A stretch of DNA of 64,000 nt from Macrostomum hystrix (taxonomy: Eukaryota; Animalia; Platyhelminthes), in the NCBI GenBank assembly GCA_950097015.1, contig CATNEN010000002.1, positions 4,526,001 to 4,590,000 of the forward strand, read 5' to 3'. A model generated the notes under the pieces. The model saw only the letters and a list, made by a program, of their open reading frames with translations, was not told the DNA's origin and did no database searches. Below, piece after piece: positions 49,504 through 63,235 of this stretch. Within the stretch, counting starts at the first letter, position 1; every line of letters starts with the position of its first letter. Made by a program: the position numbers and the translations under genes.

Positions 49504-50214
49504 CGATTCTGTCGCAGCGGAAACTGCGAGGTATTCTAATATCGAGTTACATCTAGTTTCCCCATTTCTGCTCTCACAACTGTGCATTCTAGCAGAATGT
49601 AATTCTCAGTCCGTATCTATTTTTAAGCCTCAATTAAACAACAAATTAAAGTGTACACTTACATTCCATTGTTATCTTATAGTCAGGGGAGGTCAAATAT
49701 GGACAGACAGAGCAACAAGCGGCCTCCAGAAATGGGGTTGCTGTACCGTCCCGCCTACCCTAAAAACTCGAATATTCCAGGCTCCATTGAAGAGTGAGTA
49801 ATTTTGGTTAGAATCGTGTGAGAATCTGCTTCTTGGGGGGATTTTACAAAGGCAGGCTTAAACCGCCCACGGCCACTCCCTCTCCATTGGAATGAGACGG
49901 GCTGAAATTTATTTTTACATTCATATTATTCTGCTGCATCAACTGACAAACGCAAATCTTGTTTGTCCAGAACCTTTTGCAATTCCTTTGTGCCTTGCCT
50001 TGGTGAAGACACGAAGCGTTTTCTTCTCTTAGACCACCCATTATTATGCTTGAGCAGAACTGGCCGGGTGCTCTGTCCATTGTGCCCAGGTCCCATCTTA
50101 TTTAAATAGAGATCGGTTCTATGTAGTCGCACCTACAATATTATTTCAAGAATTTTTTCGTATTGTTCTGTTGCGTACTTATGTTTTAGGTTTGTTTGTG
50201 TTTCATTAGAAATA

Positions 50215-50752
50215 TTTATTGTACCTGTTCTGACTGTTTACCTGTTTTACCTGTTCTACGGGTTTTACCTGTTCTATTGGCTTTACCTGTTCTACGGGTT
50301 TTACCTGTTCTACCTGTTCTGACTATTTACCTGTTTTAACTGTTCTACGGGTTTTACCTGTTCTACGGGTTTTACCTGTTCTACGGGTTTTACCTGTTCT
50401 ACGGGTTTTACCTGTTCTATTGGCTTTAACTGTTCTACGGGTTTACCTGTTCTTTAGGTTTTACCTGTTCTACGGGTTTTACCTGTTCTTCAGGTTTTAC
50501 CTGTTCTTCAGGTTTTACCTGTTCTACAGGTTTTACATGTTCTACAGGTTTTATCTGTTCTACAGGTTTTACATGTTCTACAGGTTTTACCTGTTCTACA
50601 GGTTTTACCTGTTCTTCAGGTTTTACCTGTTCTTCAGGTTTTACCTTTTCTTCAGGTTTTACCTGTTCTTCAGGTTTTACCTGTTCTACAGGTTTTACCT
50701 GTTCTACAGGTTTTACCTGTTCTTCAGGTTTTACCTGTTCTACAGGTTTTAC
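50215..50752. repeat. 18-bp tandem repeat (TTTTACCTGTTCTACAGG and variants)
   Basis: About 28 units. Confidence 0.93.
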
Positions 50753-51224
50753 TGTAGATTAAAGTAAACTGAACTTCTCATAACTGCTAATTAAAAGACG
50801 ACAAACAGATTAGCCTAAGATTAACAGGCCCAGATGCCTGAATGGGTCAGTTTTAAGGGCGACAATAATTAATGAATCCAGAAGAATTCCAACTGGTCGT
50901 GAGAACGCGTTCAAAATAAATTGTCAAGTGGAAACCGAATGCACCAGACATAAAAGAGCAACTGGAAATTATTGAAACAGGCGGCACACTGGAGAGAGAA
51001 AAACAGCTAGTGGGGCCGTCACCAACCAGAGGTGGGCGGACCAGCTAGTTATGTTTATGGAATTTGTAATTACGGCGTCTTTGAGTCTATTTGGCGTTTT
51101 CCTGTCCCAAGGCATAGTTGGCTAATCTATAGGTTTGCTGGCTAGTACATGTACGCGTACTTGTTACTTTTGCTTGGTGTGTGCGGTTCATATGCTCCTG
51201 TGCCAGGTTCAAGCGAGATGGGGA

Positions 51225-52035
51225 CTGATGGGATGAAGTTGGAGGGGAAGGGATGCAGGGAGAGGGGAAGGGATGAAGGCAGAGAGGAAGGGATGAAGGC
51301 AGGGGGGAGGGATGAAGGCAGAGAGGGAGGGATGAAGGCAGAGAGGGAGGGATGAAGGCAGGGGGGAAGGGATGAAGGCAGGGAGGGAGGGATGAAGGTA
51401 GAGGGGAAGGGATGAAGGCAGAGGGGAAGGGATGAAGGCAGGGGGGAGGGATGAAGGCAGGGGGGAAGGGATGAAGGCAGGGGGGAAGGGATGAAGGTAG
51501 AGGGGAAGGGATGAAGGCAGGGGGGAGGGATGAAGGCAGGGGGGAAGGGATGAAGGTAGAGGGGAAGGGATGAAGGCAGGGGGGAAGGGATGAAGGCAGG
51601 GAGGGAGGGATGAAGGCAGAGGGGAAGGGATGAAGGCAGAGGGGAAGGGATGAAGGCAGGGGGGAGGGATGAAGGCAGGGGGGAAGGGATGAAGGCAGAG
51701 GGGAAGGGATGATGGCAGAAGGGAAGGGATGAAGACAGAGGGGAAGGGATGAAGGCGGGGGGGGAGGGATGAAGGCAGGGGGGAGGGATGAAGGCAGAGG
51801 GGAAGGGATGAAGGCAGAGGGGAAGGGATGAAGGCAGGGGGGAGGGATGAAGGCAGAGGGGAAGGGATGAAGGCAGAGAGGAAGGGATGAAGGCAGAGGG
51901 GAAGGGATGAAGGCAGAGGGGAAGGGAGGAAGGCAGAGGGGAAGGGATGAAGGCAGAGGGGAAGGGATGAAGGCAGAGGGGAAGGGATGAAGGCAGAGGG
52001 GAAGGGATGAAGGCAGAGGGGAAGGGATGAAGGCA
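51225..52035. repeat. 19-20-bp purine-rich tandem repeat (GAAGGCAGAGGGGAAGGGAT)
   Basis: About 40 units; top strand is about 90% purine. Confidence 0.95.
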
Positions 52036-52684
52036 GTGAGGATGACGAGCAGATAAGCTATCATATCTTAAAGCAACTGATTTTCATTGTCTTCTATTAA
52101 GAATAAATTGCAGGACCGAAGTATAAATTCCTGCCCGCATTAATATGATAATTCAATGCAACACCGTGTCGAGTCACTTCTATTTAAAGTACAGTAACTT
52201 CTGCGACATTAATACACGGATGAAGGCCGGGTAAATAAAAAAATGATTTATTATTTCATTGAGCAAAAGAACTGCGTAGATTCAAGATCTGGGAGTGCAT
52301 CAATTCGTTCGCGCAATATCTTTCTCAAAGTCTTGAAGCCTTTCAAATCTATTGATAAAAAAGCTAACCCGCTAGAGTTTTTTGAGCACACACAGAGGGG
52401 GGCAGGCTATCAGAGCAAATTTCCCACCGTGTTGTTAACACGACACCTTTGTGAGTTTGTGCGCTTAGCGCGATTATCGAGAAAGCGAAGAATTTTTGTG
52501 TAGAATGACATGCTGTAGTTTGCGACCACAGTGCGTTGCAGCTGGGGTAATCAAGTATGCTTTGAATATATTAACAAGCGATGCTCATTATTAATAATCT
52601 GTGTGAGCTCTTCTGCGAAATTAGAAATTATTGGCATGCGTTGAATTTAGATTAATTTGGATTCCGGCAAATGCTCGTGCCTTC

Positions 52685-53130
52685 TACTCCGTGTCTTCTA
52701 CCCCGTGACTTCTACCCCCGTGTATTCAACCCAGTGTATTCTACCCCGTGTCTTCTATTCCGTGTCTTTTACCCAGTGTATTCTACCCCATGTATTCTAC
52801 CCCGTGTCTTCTACCCCGTGTCTTCTACCCCCGTGTCTTCTACCCCCATGCCTTCTACCCCCGTGTATTTAACCCAGTGTATTCTACCCCGTGTCTTCTA
52901 TTCCGTGTCTTCTACCCCGTGTCTCCTACCCAGTGTATTCTACCTCGTGTATTCTACCCAGTGTATTCTACCCCGTGTATTCTTACCCATGTCTTCTACC
53001 CCCGTGCCTTCTACCCTGTGACTTCTACTCCTGTGTCTTCTACCTCCGTATTTTCTATCCCTGTGTCTTATACCCCGTGTCTTCTACCCCGTGTATTCTA
53101 CCCCGTGTATTCTACCCCGTGTCTTCTACC
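52685..53130. repeat. 14-15-bp degenerate tandem repeat (TCTACCCCGTGTMT)
   Basis: About 30 units. Confidence 0.9.
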
Positions 53131-53940
53131 GCTGCTTTAAATGCTATCATTATACACTTATGTTTCATTTATTTTCGCTATATTTTTCTGACAATTTTAT
53201 AGTACACTGTGTATTTATTTTCATTTTCATTGCTTTCTTAAGTTCCATTTCCATTCTCTTCGCGTTCATTTTTCTATGTGAAATTCCCACAACACAACAC
53301 AGCACTGCACTGTCCACACGCATTGTTCTATATCTCGGCTCGCAAATGCAAACAACAAGCTATGTTCTTTAGAATAGACATTGTGAAGCGATGCCAGTTT
53401 TGCTGCTCTATTCTGGCCAGAAATTCCAGTTTTATGTTTGTCCACAAAAACTTGGCTGGTTATGAGAACCTGAGAATGCCATTCAATGCCAGTCAAATGA
53501 CTGAGCCTTATAGTTAACAAAGGTTGCCTGCGCTATCATATCTTTGGTCGCGTCTGGAAGTTTTTTAAAGAAGATTTTGTACTGCTAAAACTGTCCCACC
53601 GCAACTTAAGTACCCGGGGGATAATAATAGTGCCATGAGCAGCAGGGGCGAAAGTGCACTTTGCCGAAGCTAGAATGGACATTGGGTGGGGGTGAGAGAA
53701 TTCAACGGGGATTTCGCGGGGAACAGCGGGGCGGAGGCGAGGTTGTTGCTAAGGGGAGTTGCAGCGCCGACTCATGCCCACCTGTGTTTCTATTCTTAGT
53801 AGGCAGAGCAAAGCAGTCGCATTTAGCCGGGTGACTCAGACAGCCAAATTTGCTTGAGCACTAGCAGCGGGGATCTGAATTGCATTCTCCCCAACTGTAC
53901 AACAGCCACCTCACCGCCGCACTGGACAGGTTCAAACGGG

Positions 53941-54042
53941 TATAAAGTTGCTCCAGACAGCGGGCTCATGGGCAAACTTCAAGCAGTCTTCAGTGCAAAG
54001 CGACCGAGCCAGTCTGCAGACAGTTGATCGCCCAGCTAACAG
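53941..54042 (+). promoter_or_regulatory. Candidate distal ETS promoter: TATAAA followed by a non-coding first exon ending at CAG|GTGAGA
   Basis: TATAAA at 53941-53946 and a donor at 54042. A further 5' UTR donor CAG|GTAAGT lies at 55315. Confidence 0.45.
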
Positions 54043-55766
54043 GTGAGAGCTGCTAAATATTACAGCAAAGCCAAGCTCAAATATTTCTTGTGTTTGACAA
54101 CGCTGATATACTTAATGTGGTAAATATTTGCCCAAGTGTTTCAATATCAGTGCTATAGTGTTTAGTGTAGGAGTGTGCAATCTGTATGTTTTTTGTGATA
54201 TCTACTCAATAATGATTTGTTTGAGTCTAGTTTTGACTTTCGGAACATGAGAGTAAGATAAAGAAGCGAGGCTAGTGTCCAGCTCAACAATATCCTAATA
54301 TAGCTGACAAAGACATTGTCTGCACAGCAATTGTTAATTAGAAGGCAGTGTGTGCAAGAGAAATGTCATGCCTGCGAAGCAAACTCCATTGCTGCAAAGG
54401 CAATGAAGCAAACACACATGTGTGAGAAAACTCGTGAGTGACTCACCTGCGGCATTGTGGCCCTAGCTTCCTTCCCCCATTCGACTAGGCTACAGGTCAT
54501 CCACCCCAACGAATAATGCTTGCATGTACCTATGTACAGCTATAGGCAGTTAATCATTTTTATAAGGCCCGAATGTTACAATAATCATTGCCGAATTCAT
54601 AAGTATAGCCGACAGTATAAATGTATTTATTTACAGTCGCCTTTGCATGATCTGGACACGCTGGGTTTCTTTGTGTCTATGGTAGAACAATCGGGGCCAA
54701 CTTCAAACAAAGGCTTCAAGGGGTCTAATTAAAATGATCGTTTTTGGTTGCAACAACCCCTCCCCCTCTAAAGGTGTTCCCCAAGCCTGTGCCTGAAATT
54801 TTCTGCCTTGGCGAAAGACAAAAACCTTCGGGCCGCCAACCCCTTTGTTGGTCAAGGCTGAGTCACACTTACCGCAGCTTCTCCCAACCTCCCCAGGATA
54901 ATGGCAATACTTTGCGCCGTGCCAATCTCACCTTTCTGCGGACGCGTGTAGGCGCGGGCGGGCGCCCTGCCCCGTGTCTCCCTGTCTGTCTGTGTGTCGC
55001 CAACCCCCACCCTGAGGCCGAGCACGCTGCATTGGACTCAGTGAGCCACCCCACACCGCCGCCCTCATGCTCCATAAAAGGCTAGAATATACAACCAGTG
55101 GTAACTGGACAGTAATATTTGGACATTGCGCTTAAACAGATTAAGAACAGAAAGGAAGCCCCCCCCCTATATATAACTCCTAATTAGAACCCGAAAAAGC
55201 AAAACAGAAAATTGTTCACAAGTCAACTCAATTCGAATTCGTTTTAAATTTCGGGGGAGAAACAAAGACTGAATAGCTGAACATCTGCATTCCAACGATT
55301 GAAACTCGACTGCAGGTAAGTTTTATGGAGATCGAGTTTTAGTTATTCGTTGGCACAGAAGTTTTAGTGGTTAAGTGCAGCATTATGTTATATTGTGTTT
55401 TCCCCAGTTTGAATCAAGCTGCTTTGCTTAATTTTGAGTAGCTCGTAATTCTTTATCGGCAAAGCTTTTAGGCGCAGTACTCTATCATAACTATAAGTTT
55501 GTGTTTTTTGGTCTTGGCGGGACCAGCCCTTCCCTATAGGGCCATACATAGACCAAGCAGCAGTGTGTGTGTGTGTTGACAGACCGTTAGAGGCACGAAA
55601 GGCCAGCATGCGATAAGGCCGCGAAATTCGGCCGACTTACCCCGGACCCACAAACCTGGCTGCGGTCGCTACGGGCAGACTGTTTAATTACTGTGCGTGC
55701 GCAATACAAAACGCTAAACAACAATATTTCCTGCACAACAACCAGATCTCTTCACTGTCATCAGCA

Positions 55767-57665
55767 ATGACCAGCCTGGACGGATTCGACTTCAGCGACA
55801 GCAGCTGGGAGCTGCCGGAGTCAGCTGTGGACATCTCCATTCTGAACGAGTCCACGCAGAGCTTCTTGGACGAGATGGTCAAGGTAAGGCAATTGTGGGC
55901 GGAGCAGTTTCAGTGGAAGACATTGAGCCGGACTCTCAGTACATTCACCTGTTCTGATACCCGCCCAAACAGATGGAAGAGTCCACCGTCTCGCTCATCA
56001 ACGACGTCAACCTCTCTCTGGACGATTGGCTTCGCCAGATGCCGCCGCTGCCATCACCGTCGGTTGCGGCGTCGCAGGTTTCGCCAGCCTCTGGCAGCGA
56101 CAGCACGGGCAGCAGCAGCCTCGGCCTCGATTTCGAACAAGACCTCGACGATGCTATCGAGATGGACGTCAAGCGGATTAAGCTGTCGCTGGAGGAGGGC
56201 AGCCTGTGGCATTGCGCGAATCAGCAGCAGCAGAAGCCGCAGTCCGGATGCTCTGGCAGCCGTCGGCGGAAGTTCCCCCACCGGCCGAGGCACCTGCGCG
56301 TACAGGCCATCGATGCTGCAAAACTGTCCAGCGATGGTGAGTTGTAAATTGTTTGTGCGTAAAAATGTGATTGTTATGTCCTAGTGTTACTACTAACAGC
56401 TGGTTATTCAGCAGGCAAGTAGGAACATGCGCTTAGAAAATTAAGTCTGACAAAATTAGAAAAAATGGTCTGACACAATTCAGTCCTTTTCGCACAGCGA
56501 ACTGCACAAGTTCAAGCTGAATTTATTGGCACCATCAGCATCTTGTCTACCCCCGAGGTGCTACGTAATTCCTTCCTTTTGCTGAGCTATTTGCACAAGC
56601 TATTTTGTCGTTAATTACCAGGGGTCCGAACTGCAGTTAGTTGAAGCTTCCGCTCCTCTTCGCTCTTACCGAACATCGCTGTAGGCGTTAAGTACCGCAT
56701 CGGTGCACTGGCACTTAGCTTTTGCGCTGGGTATCCAGTCTCGCACCATGGTGGCTGAGGTTGGGCTTGAGGGAATGTTACACTCGCACAGAGTCGCAGT
56801 CACCAAAGTGTAGAATTTCATTCGCGACAGCTCCCCTGCAGTGGAGGCGGGTCTTACCAGGCCACCAATTGCAGGACTGCATGGTGTGTTGCTGTCACAG
56901 GCGGGCCTCTGACACGCAAACTGTCTGGCTTGAAGAGGCTCACCAGTGCAACATTATTGATACTGCAACAGCCGCTGTGCTGAACTTCAATTCCTGAGAA
57001 AGCTATCGTTCGTTCGTTCGTTACAATTCGTTACACTTTAAGGACTGAAGGCCGGTTTGGGAAAGGCGAGAGAGGCGCCATCGTTCTAGACTTGAGCTGT
57101 TTTCTCTCAGCCAGCAAGGAAGCCAATAGAGAGCGAAAAGGCAGCTCCAAAACAGTCTCGGACCTTCTCGCTCACGTGATTCGGCTCCGGAGATATAGAT
57201 ACGACGGCGCAGCGACAAAAGTAGCGCCTCAGAGTCACTCGTGGCCAGTTTAGTCTGTGTGGTCTTCATCGACCTTATCAGGTCAACTAAGCGAATATTT
57301 GAGCCACAGATAGAGAGCAGAAAAGTGGTCGCCAGTTCTCTCTCTCCGCTTCTCTGGACTATATAAAACGCCAGACGCACCAACGAGTATTTTGAGCGGT
57401 TCACACTGCCTGCTGGAGTCCGTGACTGATTGCCAATCAAGACGCTATTTACTTGCGCGGAAGAAAAGCAGCGATTGAGATGGAGCAGCATCAGCACATG
57501 GCCCTTGTGAGCAGGTATGAGCAGGCGTACCTTGCTTACGCTCTGTGGCAGCATCAGCTCAGGCAGCACATGCTCATGAGGTCGCACGCCATCATGCAGC
57601 AGCAACGCCAGTCAAACGAGGCCGATGTCTATCGGCAGCAGCAGCTGTTTTATCAACATCAACAT

Positions 57666-57741
<76 letters not shown>

Positions 57742-59541
57742 CATCCGACCCCAGTCGTTGCTTCAAGAAGAAGCTACTGCAACGCTACGTAGCAAACTCC
57801 AGTAGGTTTAACGCCTGAAGCCGCTAGAGTTAGGAAATCCTGTTTGACCTGTTAGACTTTGCTCATTTAATGAATGCGCGAGTTTTCTCTCTTCCATCTG
57901 TGGGCAATTGCACTGCGTTGCCATGCCAACTGTGAATAAACAGTGCTTTTCAAAAAACAATTTTGAAAGGCTCGAGAGAGAGAGAGGGGGGGGTGAGGAA
58001 ACAGACGGACTCAAAGTCAGTCGGCGGACAAGTGCAGTCGGTCCGCCGCCTCCACAGCTCGCCCCAGCCTTCTCAAACAGCGACATCCAAACTTGCACCT
58101 GCAACTCGGGGGTATCTTATCACCAGCGCCGAATCCGATCTTGATATTTTCGGCTCACAGAAATCTCTGACACCTTGGAATGAAAATGCCTCACAAGTTC
58201 GCGAAAAACAGCGATCGACCTTCGACACCTATGTAGGCCCCCAGCAACTCCCTAGGTGTGTCTCGGAGTCTCGGAGTCTTCCGTATCTGCTCAAAGGCTC
58301 CTAAATGAGCACTTTATCAATAGCCCTTTGTGCGCCTGAGCTCTTATCGATTGACAAAGTGTTTCTTGAGCATGGCAGTGCGGGAATCACGGAGCAAAGG
58401 TCGCAGGCTGGGGGTGGCGAGTGTCCGTTTTTCTCTTATCAGCTACGCCACGTTCAAAGTGGCGCCAACTTTTCGAAGCAATTGGGGGGCTTCCCGTTCA
58501 GACTGTCAAAAAACTCACCCAGCCGCCAACACCCGCCCTCGCCTCACAGACGAGTCCGAGCTCAGCAGCCTCGTGCCCAGCAGCCCGACCGACTCCGGCG
58601 TGTCCGGCCTGTCCGAGTTCGACCCCAGCGAGGTGGCGGCCGCAGTTGCTGGGCTGGCCAAGCCGAAGCCAACCTATCAGAGCCACCACCACCTGCACCA
58701 GTTCCAGCAGCAGCAGCAGCACCGACCAGCTGTCACCGGTGGCTTCTCCTGGCAGCAGTTCATCAAGACTCCGACAACACCAGACCTGCCGATGCCCGGA
58801 GCTCCGGTGTCGACCTCTTCGGCCGCGGCAGCTCGCTTCGGCTTGCTGTGCGCAGCCGAGGATCCATCGATGCAGTCGGCAGCGCCGCAGCAGCAGCAGC
58901 AGCTGCAGCAGACAATGCACACCCACACGAGAATCAAGACGGCCCACCGCGTGACTCGCGACCAGCAGCTGCTGCTGGATGATGGCGGTCAGGATCTGGT
59001 CATCATGGACACTGATAGTCTGCGACGCCACCGACTTGGTGAGACCTTCGCCAACCAAGCGGCCATCAAAAGGGCCGAGCACAGCTACAGCCCGTTCGCA
59101 GACGACGTCCAGCTGGTCTGTCCGAAGCGCCGACGCGACGGCGGCCAGACCTACCTGTGGGAGTTCCTGCTGGACCTGCTGCACAACCCGCGCTACAGCC
59201 CGCGCTTCATCAAGTGGCTGGACAAGGAGCGGGGCGTATTCAAATTGGTGGACAGCAGGGCCGTGTCCAAGCTGTGGGGCATGCTAAAGAACAAGCCGGA
59301 CATGACCTACGAGACAATGGGCCGAGCTCTCAGGTGAGATTCCTCACTTTTTAGATGAATTGTGAATTGGTGGCACCGAAAGTGTGAGGCGCAACGTTGA
59401 CATTGCCGTCTAATTCATTCATGCAGGTACTATTACGCCAGAGGCATTCTCAACAAGGTGGACGGCCAGAGGCTAGTGTACCAGTTTGCCAACCTGAAGA
59501 AGCTGAGAGAAGCGCCACCAACTGGCATGTGCGAGGCCTGA
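55767..59541 (+). CDS. Elf: ETS-domain transcription factor of the E74/ELF subfamily, isoform A (459 aa)
   Basis: Exons 55767-55883, 55973-56336, 58550-59333 and 59427-59541 are in phase. The ETS domain [11 protein letters not shown]...[25 protein letters not shown]...[36 protein letters not shown] closely matches E74/ELF1-2-4 as I recall them. Confidence 0.93.
57360..57368 (+). promoter_or_regulatory. TATA box (TATATAAAA) of an internal ETS promoter
   Basis: Lies about 110 nt upstream of ATG 57480, inside intron 2 of isoform A. Confidence 0.55.
57480..59541 (+). CDS. Elf: ETS factor isoform B (406 aa) with an alternative Gln-rich first coding exon
   Basis: Exon 57480-57801 (with a (CAG)25 tract) ends at A|GTAGGT in phase 1, matching the phase-1 acceptor at 58550. 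Confidence 0.65.
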
Positions 59542-59853
59542 GAAGCGATCCCCGCCATTGTTCCTAATCCCCACCTGTACAAATCGATTTCCTGGAATTC
59601 GCTTGTACAATATTTCATTAGACATTTGTCTGGCTTTAACATTGTTAACTTACGAGTCTATTGTTTGATTGCAGTTGTTGCCTAGTAACTTGTGTCCACT
59701 AACCTGCAATTGCCACTGTCTTGTGCTGTTTGCTTTAATGTGATCTGGTCAATGTATGCAATGAGTGTCAGAACGAATTCTAAATCACGACTGCTGTCCT
59801 TATTCCCATTTTTACAAATATTTATACGCCCCTATTTAATTGTCGATTCGAAC

Positions 59854-59854
59854 A

Positions 59855-59895
<41 letters not shown>
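59854..59895. repeat. (CAAT)n microsatellite in the ETS 3' region
   Basis: About 10 units. Confidence 0.9.
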
Positions 59896-60834
59896 GTCAG
59901 TTCGTTATTGATTTATTTGTACTCGCAATTTCATACTCGCAAAGATCCCATTGTTCGCGTGAATGGCCTGCGCATTTTCTTAGCAAAATATTTAATTAAG
60001 ATCATATTTTACAATAACTGCGCAAGACGATAAAACACGGCAGCAATCATTTGAAACTTTCACCCCGACGAGCCGTGTCAATAATTCATATCAAACATGT
60101 TTTTTGCCTTCTTCCCAGTCGGCGCACAATGCCCTACTGTCCAATGTTGTAAACATATTTACAGGTAACTCTGTTCGATGTCAATTTTGACAAAGCCAAA
60201 ACCATCCCAACTGTCGCGTGCTGTGCACTAAAATTTCGAATTAACTCATTGTGATAAAATCAACGAATATTTTTGTTCTATTTAAACAGAATTTCCCCTC
60301 TACCAGAGGATCCCAAAGTTTTCTGTCCACGGAAGTCGGCTTTATATATATATTGTAACCTCCGTCTTGCTAAAAAGATAGTAAAATTGTTTTTTTTCCC
60401 AGGAAACACCCTCAACTATGAATCATTCGGTCAATATAACATATTTAAAAGATTGTTAAAGAACAACGGCACTATAAAACAATACACACTTTGCTAAAAC
60501 TGAATATTGCTTTAATGATGTGTATGCATTGAAATCAGACGTAACATGTCAACCACTTGAGCACTTACTGATTTATAGCGGTGTACTTATAAACCTACAG
60601 CCGTCTCACATTGAACAGTTCGGTTGCTTTTTGGTTCAAAACTGAGACCAGAAAAGAATGCATAATTAATTCGACAGCAGGACTAGCAGACTTTGAACAC
60701 CTGCACTATCCTGACTAGCTAGCTAATGGACAATTAGTAATTCAGTCTACGCAAGCTATAGAGTGCCAATACCTCATAATGGCAGTGAAAATTTCTAATT
60801 ACATAACTTTTACGTAAGATTGCATAAATTGCAG

Positions 60835-61062
60835 ATAGGCAGACAGACAGACAAAACAGATTAGAATAGACTTTACAGAAAGATAAAACAGAACAGAACA
60901 GACATTACAGACAGACAGACAGACAGAACATACATTACAGACAGACAGACAGACAGAACAGCCATTACAGACAGATAAAACAGAACAGAACAGACATTAC
61001 AGACAGACAAAACAGAACAGAACAGACATTACAGACAGACAAAACAGAACAGAACGGGCATT

Positions 61063-61093
<31 letters not shown>

Positions 61094-61310
61094 CATGAAC
61101 AGACAGAACAGACATTAGACAGATAAAACAGAACAGAACAGACATTACAGACAGACAAAACAGAACAGAACGGGCATTACAGACAGACAAAACAGAACAG
61201 AACGGGCATTACAGACAGACAGACAGACAGACAGACACATGAACAGACAGAACAGACATTAGACAGATAAAACAGAACAGAACGGGCACTACAGACAGAC
61301 AGACAGACAC
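60835..61310. repeat. (ACAG)n / ACAGAACAGACATT compound repeat between convergent ETS and REV1
   Basis: Read directly. Confidence 0.9.
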
Positions 61311-61953
61311 GGGCGCTGTGTGGCTTCGATCGTAGCTAATACAAAGAATTGGTTCAAGAACAAAACAGGCGAAATGTTTTCAGAAATAAGCTCCATCTGA
61401 GCTGCAGCCCGCAGTCAAGTTTCTTAGAAAGTTCTGCTGAACTTTAAATAATAAGTTTTTAATAACACAAAAAAAGATTTCGCACTTTGTACATGACGCA
61501 AATTCGAATTCACCACAGATCAGGAGAGAGACGGAGCAAAAGTACAAATTTGACGGAGCTACAAGTTCAAGAGTGCAAAGTGGCAAAGTTTTTGAAGGAA
61601 ATGCACTAACATAGTGCAGTGCAACAGGGGCAAATTACAACTTTGTTGCTGATAGCAACATCATAGCAATGGAATAATAAAATGAATGTAAAACTCAAAA
61701 AAGAGACTCAATCTCTGTAACTTAGCAACGTCCTAGCAACACCCTAGCAACGAAATAACCACCTTGACAACGACAATAGCAACCGCAAAGCATCCTAACA
61801 GCACCAGCAAAGACATAACATTCTAACAACACACTTAGCAACAGCATTATTACCATAGCAACACCTTAGCAACAGCATTTATTACCCTAGCAACACCCTA
61901 CCCTAGCGACTGTTGCGCCAAACAGCCACGGATGTAGACAACAGAACGCCACT

Positions 61954-63171
61954 CTAGAGAGCTAGCACTGAGCCGCACAGTTGCTTAGCAACGACGCCCT
62001 GAACTTCAGCCACAACACGCTCGCATGCCGCTTGCCAATCGCCGCCTGCTGCCATGGCAACCAATTTAAAATGGCGCAACAGTCGATACAGCCGAGTCAG
62101 GTGATCCGGCAGGTGGGCCAGAAAGAAGCGCAACAGCAGGCGTTCGTCCGAGTCTTTCGGCGATCTGCCCGACGATGTCCAGTCGGTCAGGAGGCGGCGA
62201 ATATCTTTGAATCGGCGACCGCGACCGCACAGGCGGGGCGGCAGGAGGCGAAACCGATCAGAGTCTACCACCTCCATGGCGGCGGTGGCTGCGGTGGCGG
62301 CGGTGGCTGCGGTGGCGGCGGTGGTGGCTGCGGTGGCGGCGGTGGTGGCGGTGGTGGCGGCGGTGGCGGCGGTGGCTGTCTGTTGTTGGGGTGCCGTCGC
62401 TGGCTGAAGCGGTTGCGGTGCCTTTGGCTTGCCAAACATCTCGGCCAAAGTGAGTTGCTTCTTTGCTTGCTGCTTTTTTGCTGGTAAATTTGCGACTCTG
62501 AAAGTCATCGTGGAGGAAGGGGATTTCATTTAGAGCAGTTTCCCTGAGCCAAGATTCGAACTCCGAACTTCTCATTGTGTCACTCAGATTTTAAACGAGG
62601 CTGTGGAATTACCACAAAATCGAAAGAAAAACTAGTTTATTGCATCTACCTTCCAGTTTTGCCAACAGATCCCTGTGCAAACGGCGCAGTTGTTGAATGA
62701 CTAGAAGCAGCAGCAGCAGCGGCAGCAGCAGCAGGAAGTGCAGCAGCAGCAGCTGCAGTTCGATTTCTGCTGCCCTTCGGTCTGCCGCGAGCCTTCCGCA
62801 GCGGCGGTGGCTGCGGCTGGGGTGGCTGCCTGGCGGGAAGCTGCTGCTGCAGGCGGCGCTGCTTCAGCCGCTCCTCAGCCCTGTAGGCGGAGTCCAGCTC
62901 GGCTCGAATCTCCGGCGGCAGCGCGTCCAGACAGGACTGGCTCAACTGGGACGCGGCCGGCAGAGGCACCACCCGGTCACGGTCCCGGTCCCGATTTCGC
63001 AGCTGGGCACGAATCGCCGTTGCCATGGACTCGGGTAGGGCGGTTAGAAACTCTTCGTCGATTTGTTCCTGAGAGCCGACGGCGGTGAGAGCGGAGGAAA
63101 GATCGTAAATGGTGGCGTCCGCGGCGCCGGCGTCAACGCCATCGGATTCGTTCCCAACGGCGGAGGGATTG
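61954..63171 (-). CDS. REV1: 3' end of translesion DNA polymerase REV1 (two UBMs plus C-terminal polymerase-interaction domain); the 5' part is outside the window
   Basis: Exons 63171-62650 and 62497-61954 join in phase 2. UBMs QIDEEFLTALPESMATAI and QLSQSCLDALPPEIRAEL; CTD PRLCG...DIRRLLTDW...LYRLLRHFK...W...VQGVVAKQLCGSVL. Confidence 0.88.
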
Positions 63172-63235
63172 CTAATAAAGAGGATTTGGATGAGGTAAAT
63201 AGGATGAGTGGCGCAGTGGTTAGCACTCCAGCCTC

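Noticed and set aside
58305-59354. Overlapping ORFs around the ETS exon, including the 58330 start
   Set aside because: The true exon starts at the 58550 acceptor; the upstream extension and other frames are intronic or shadow ORFs.
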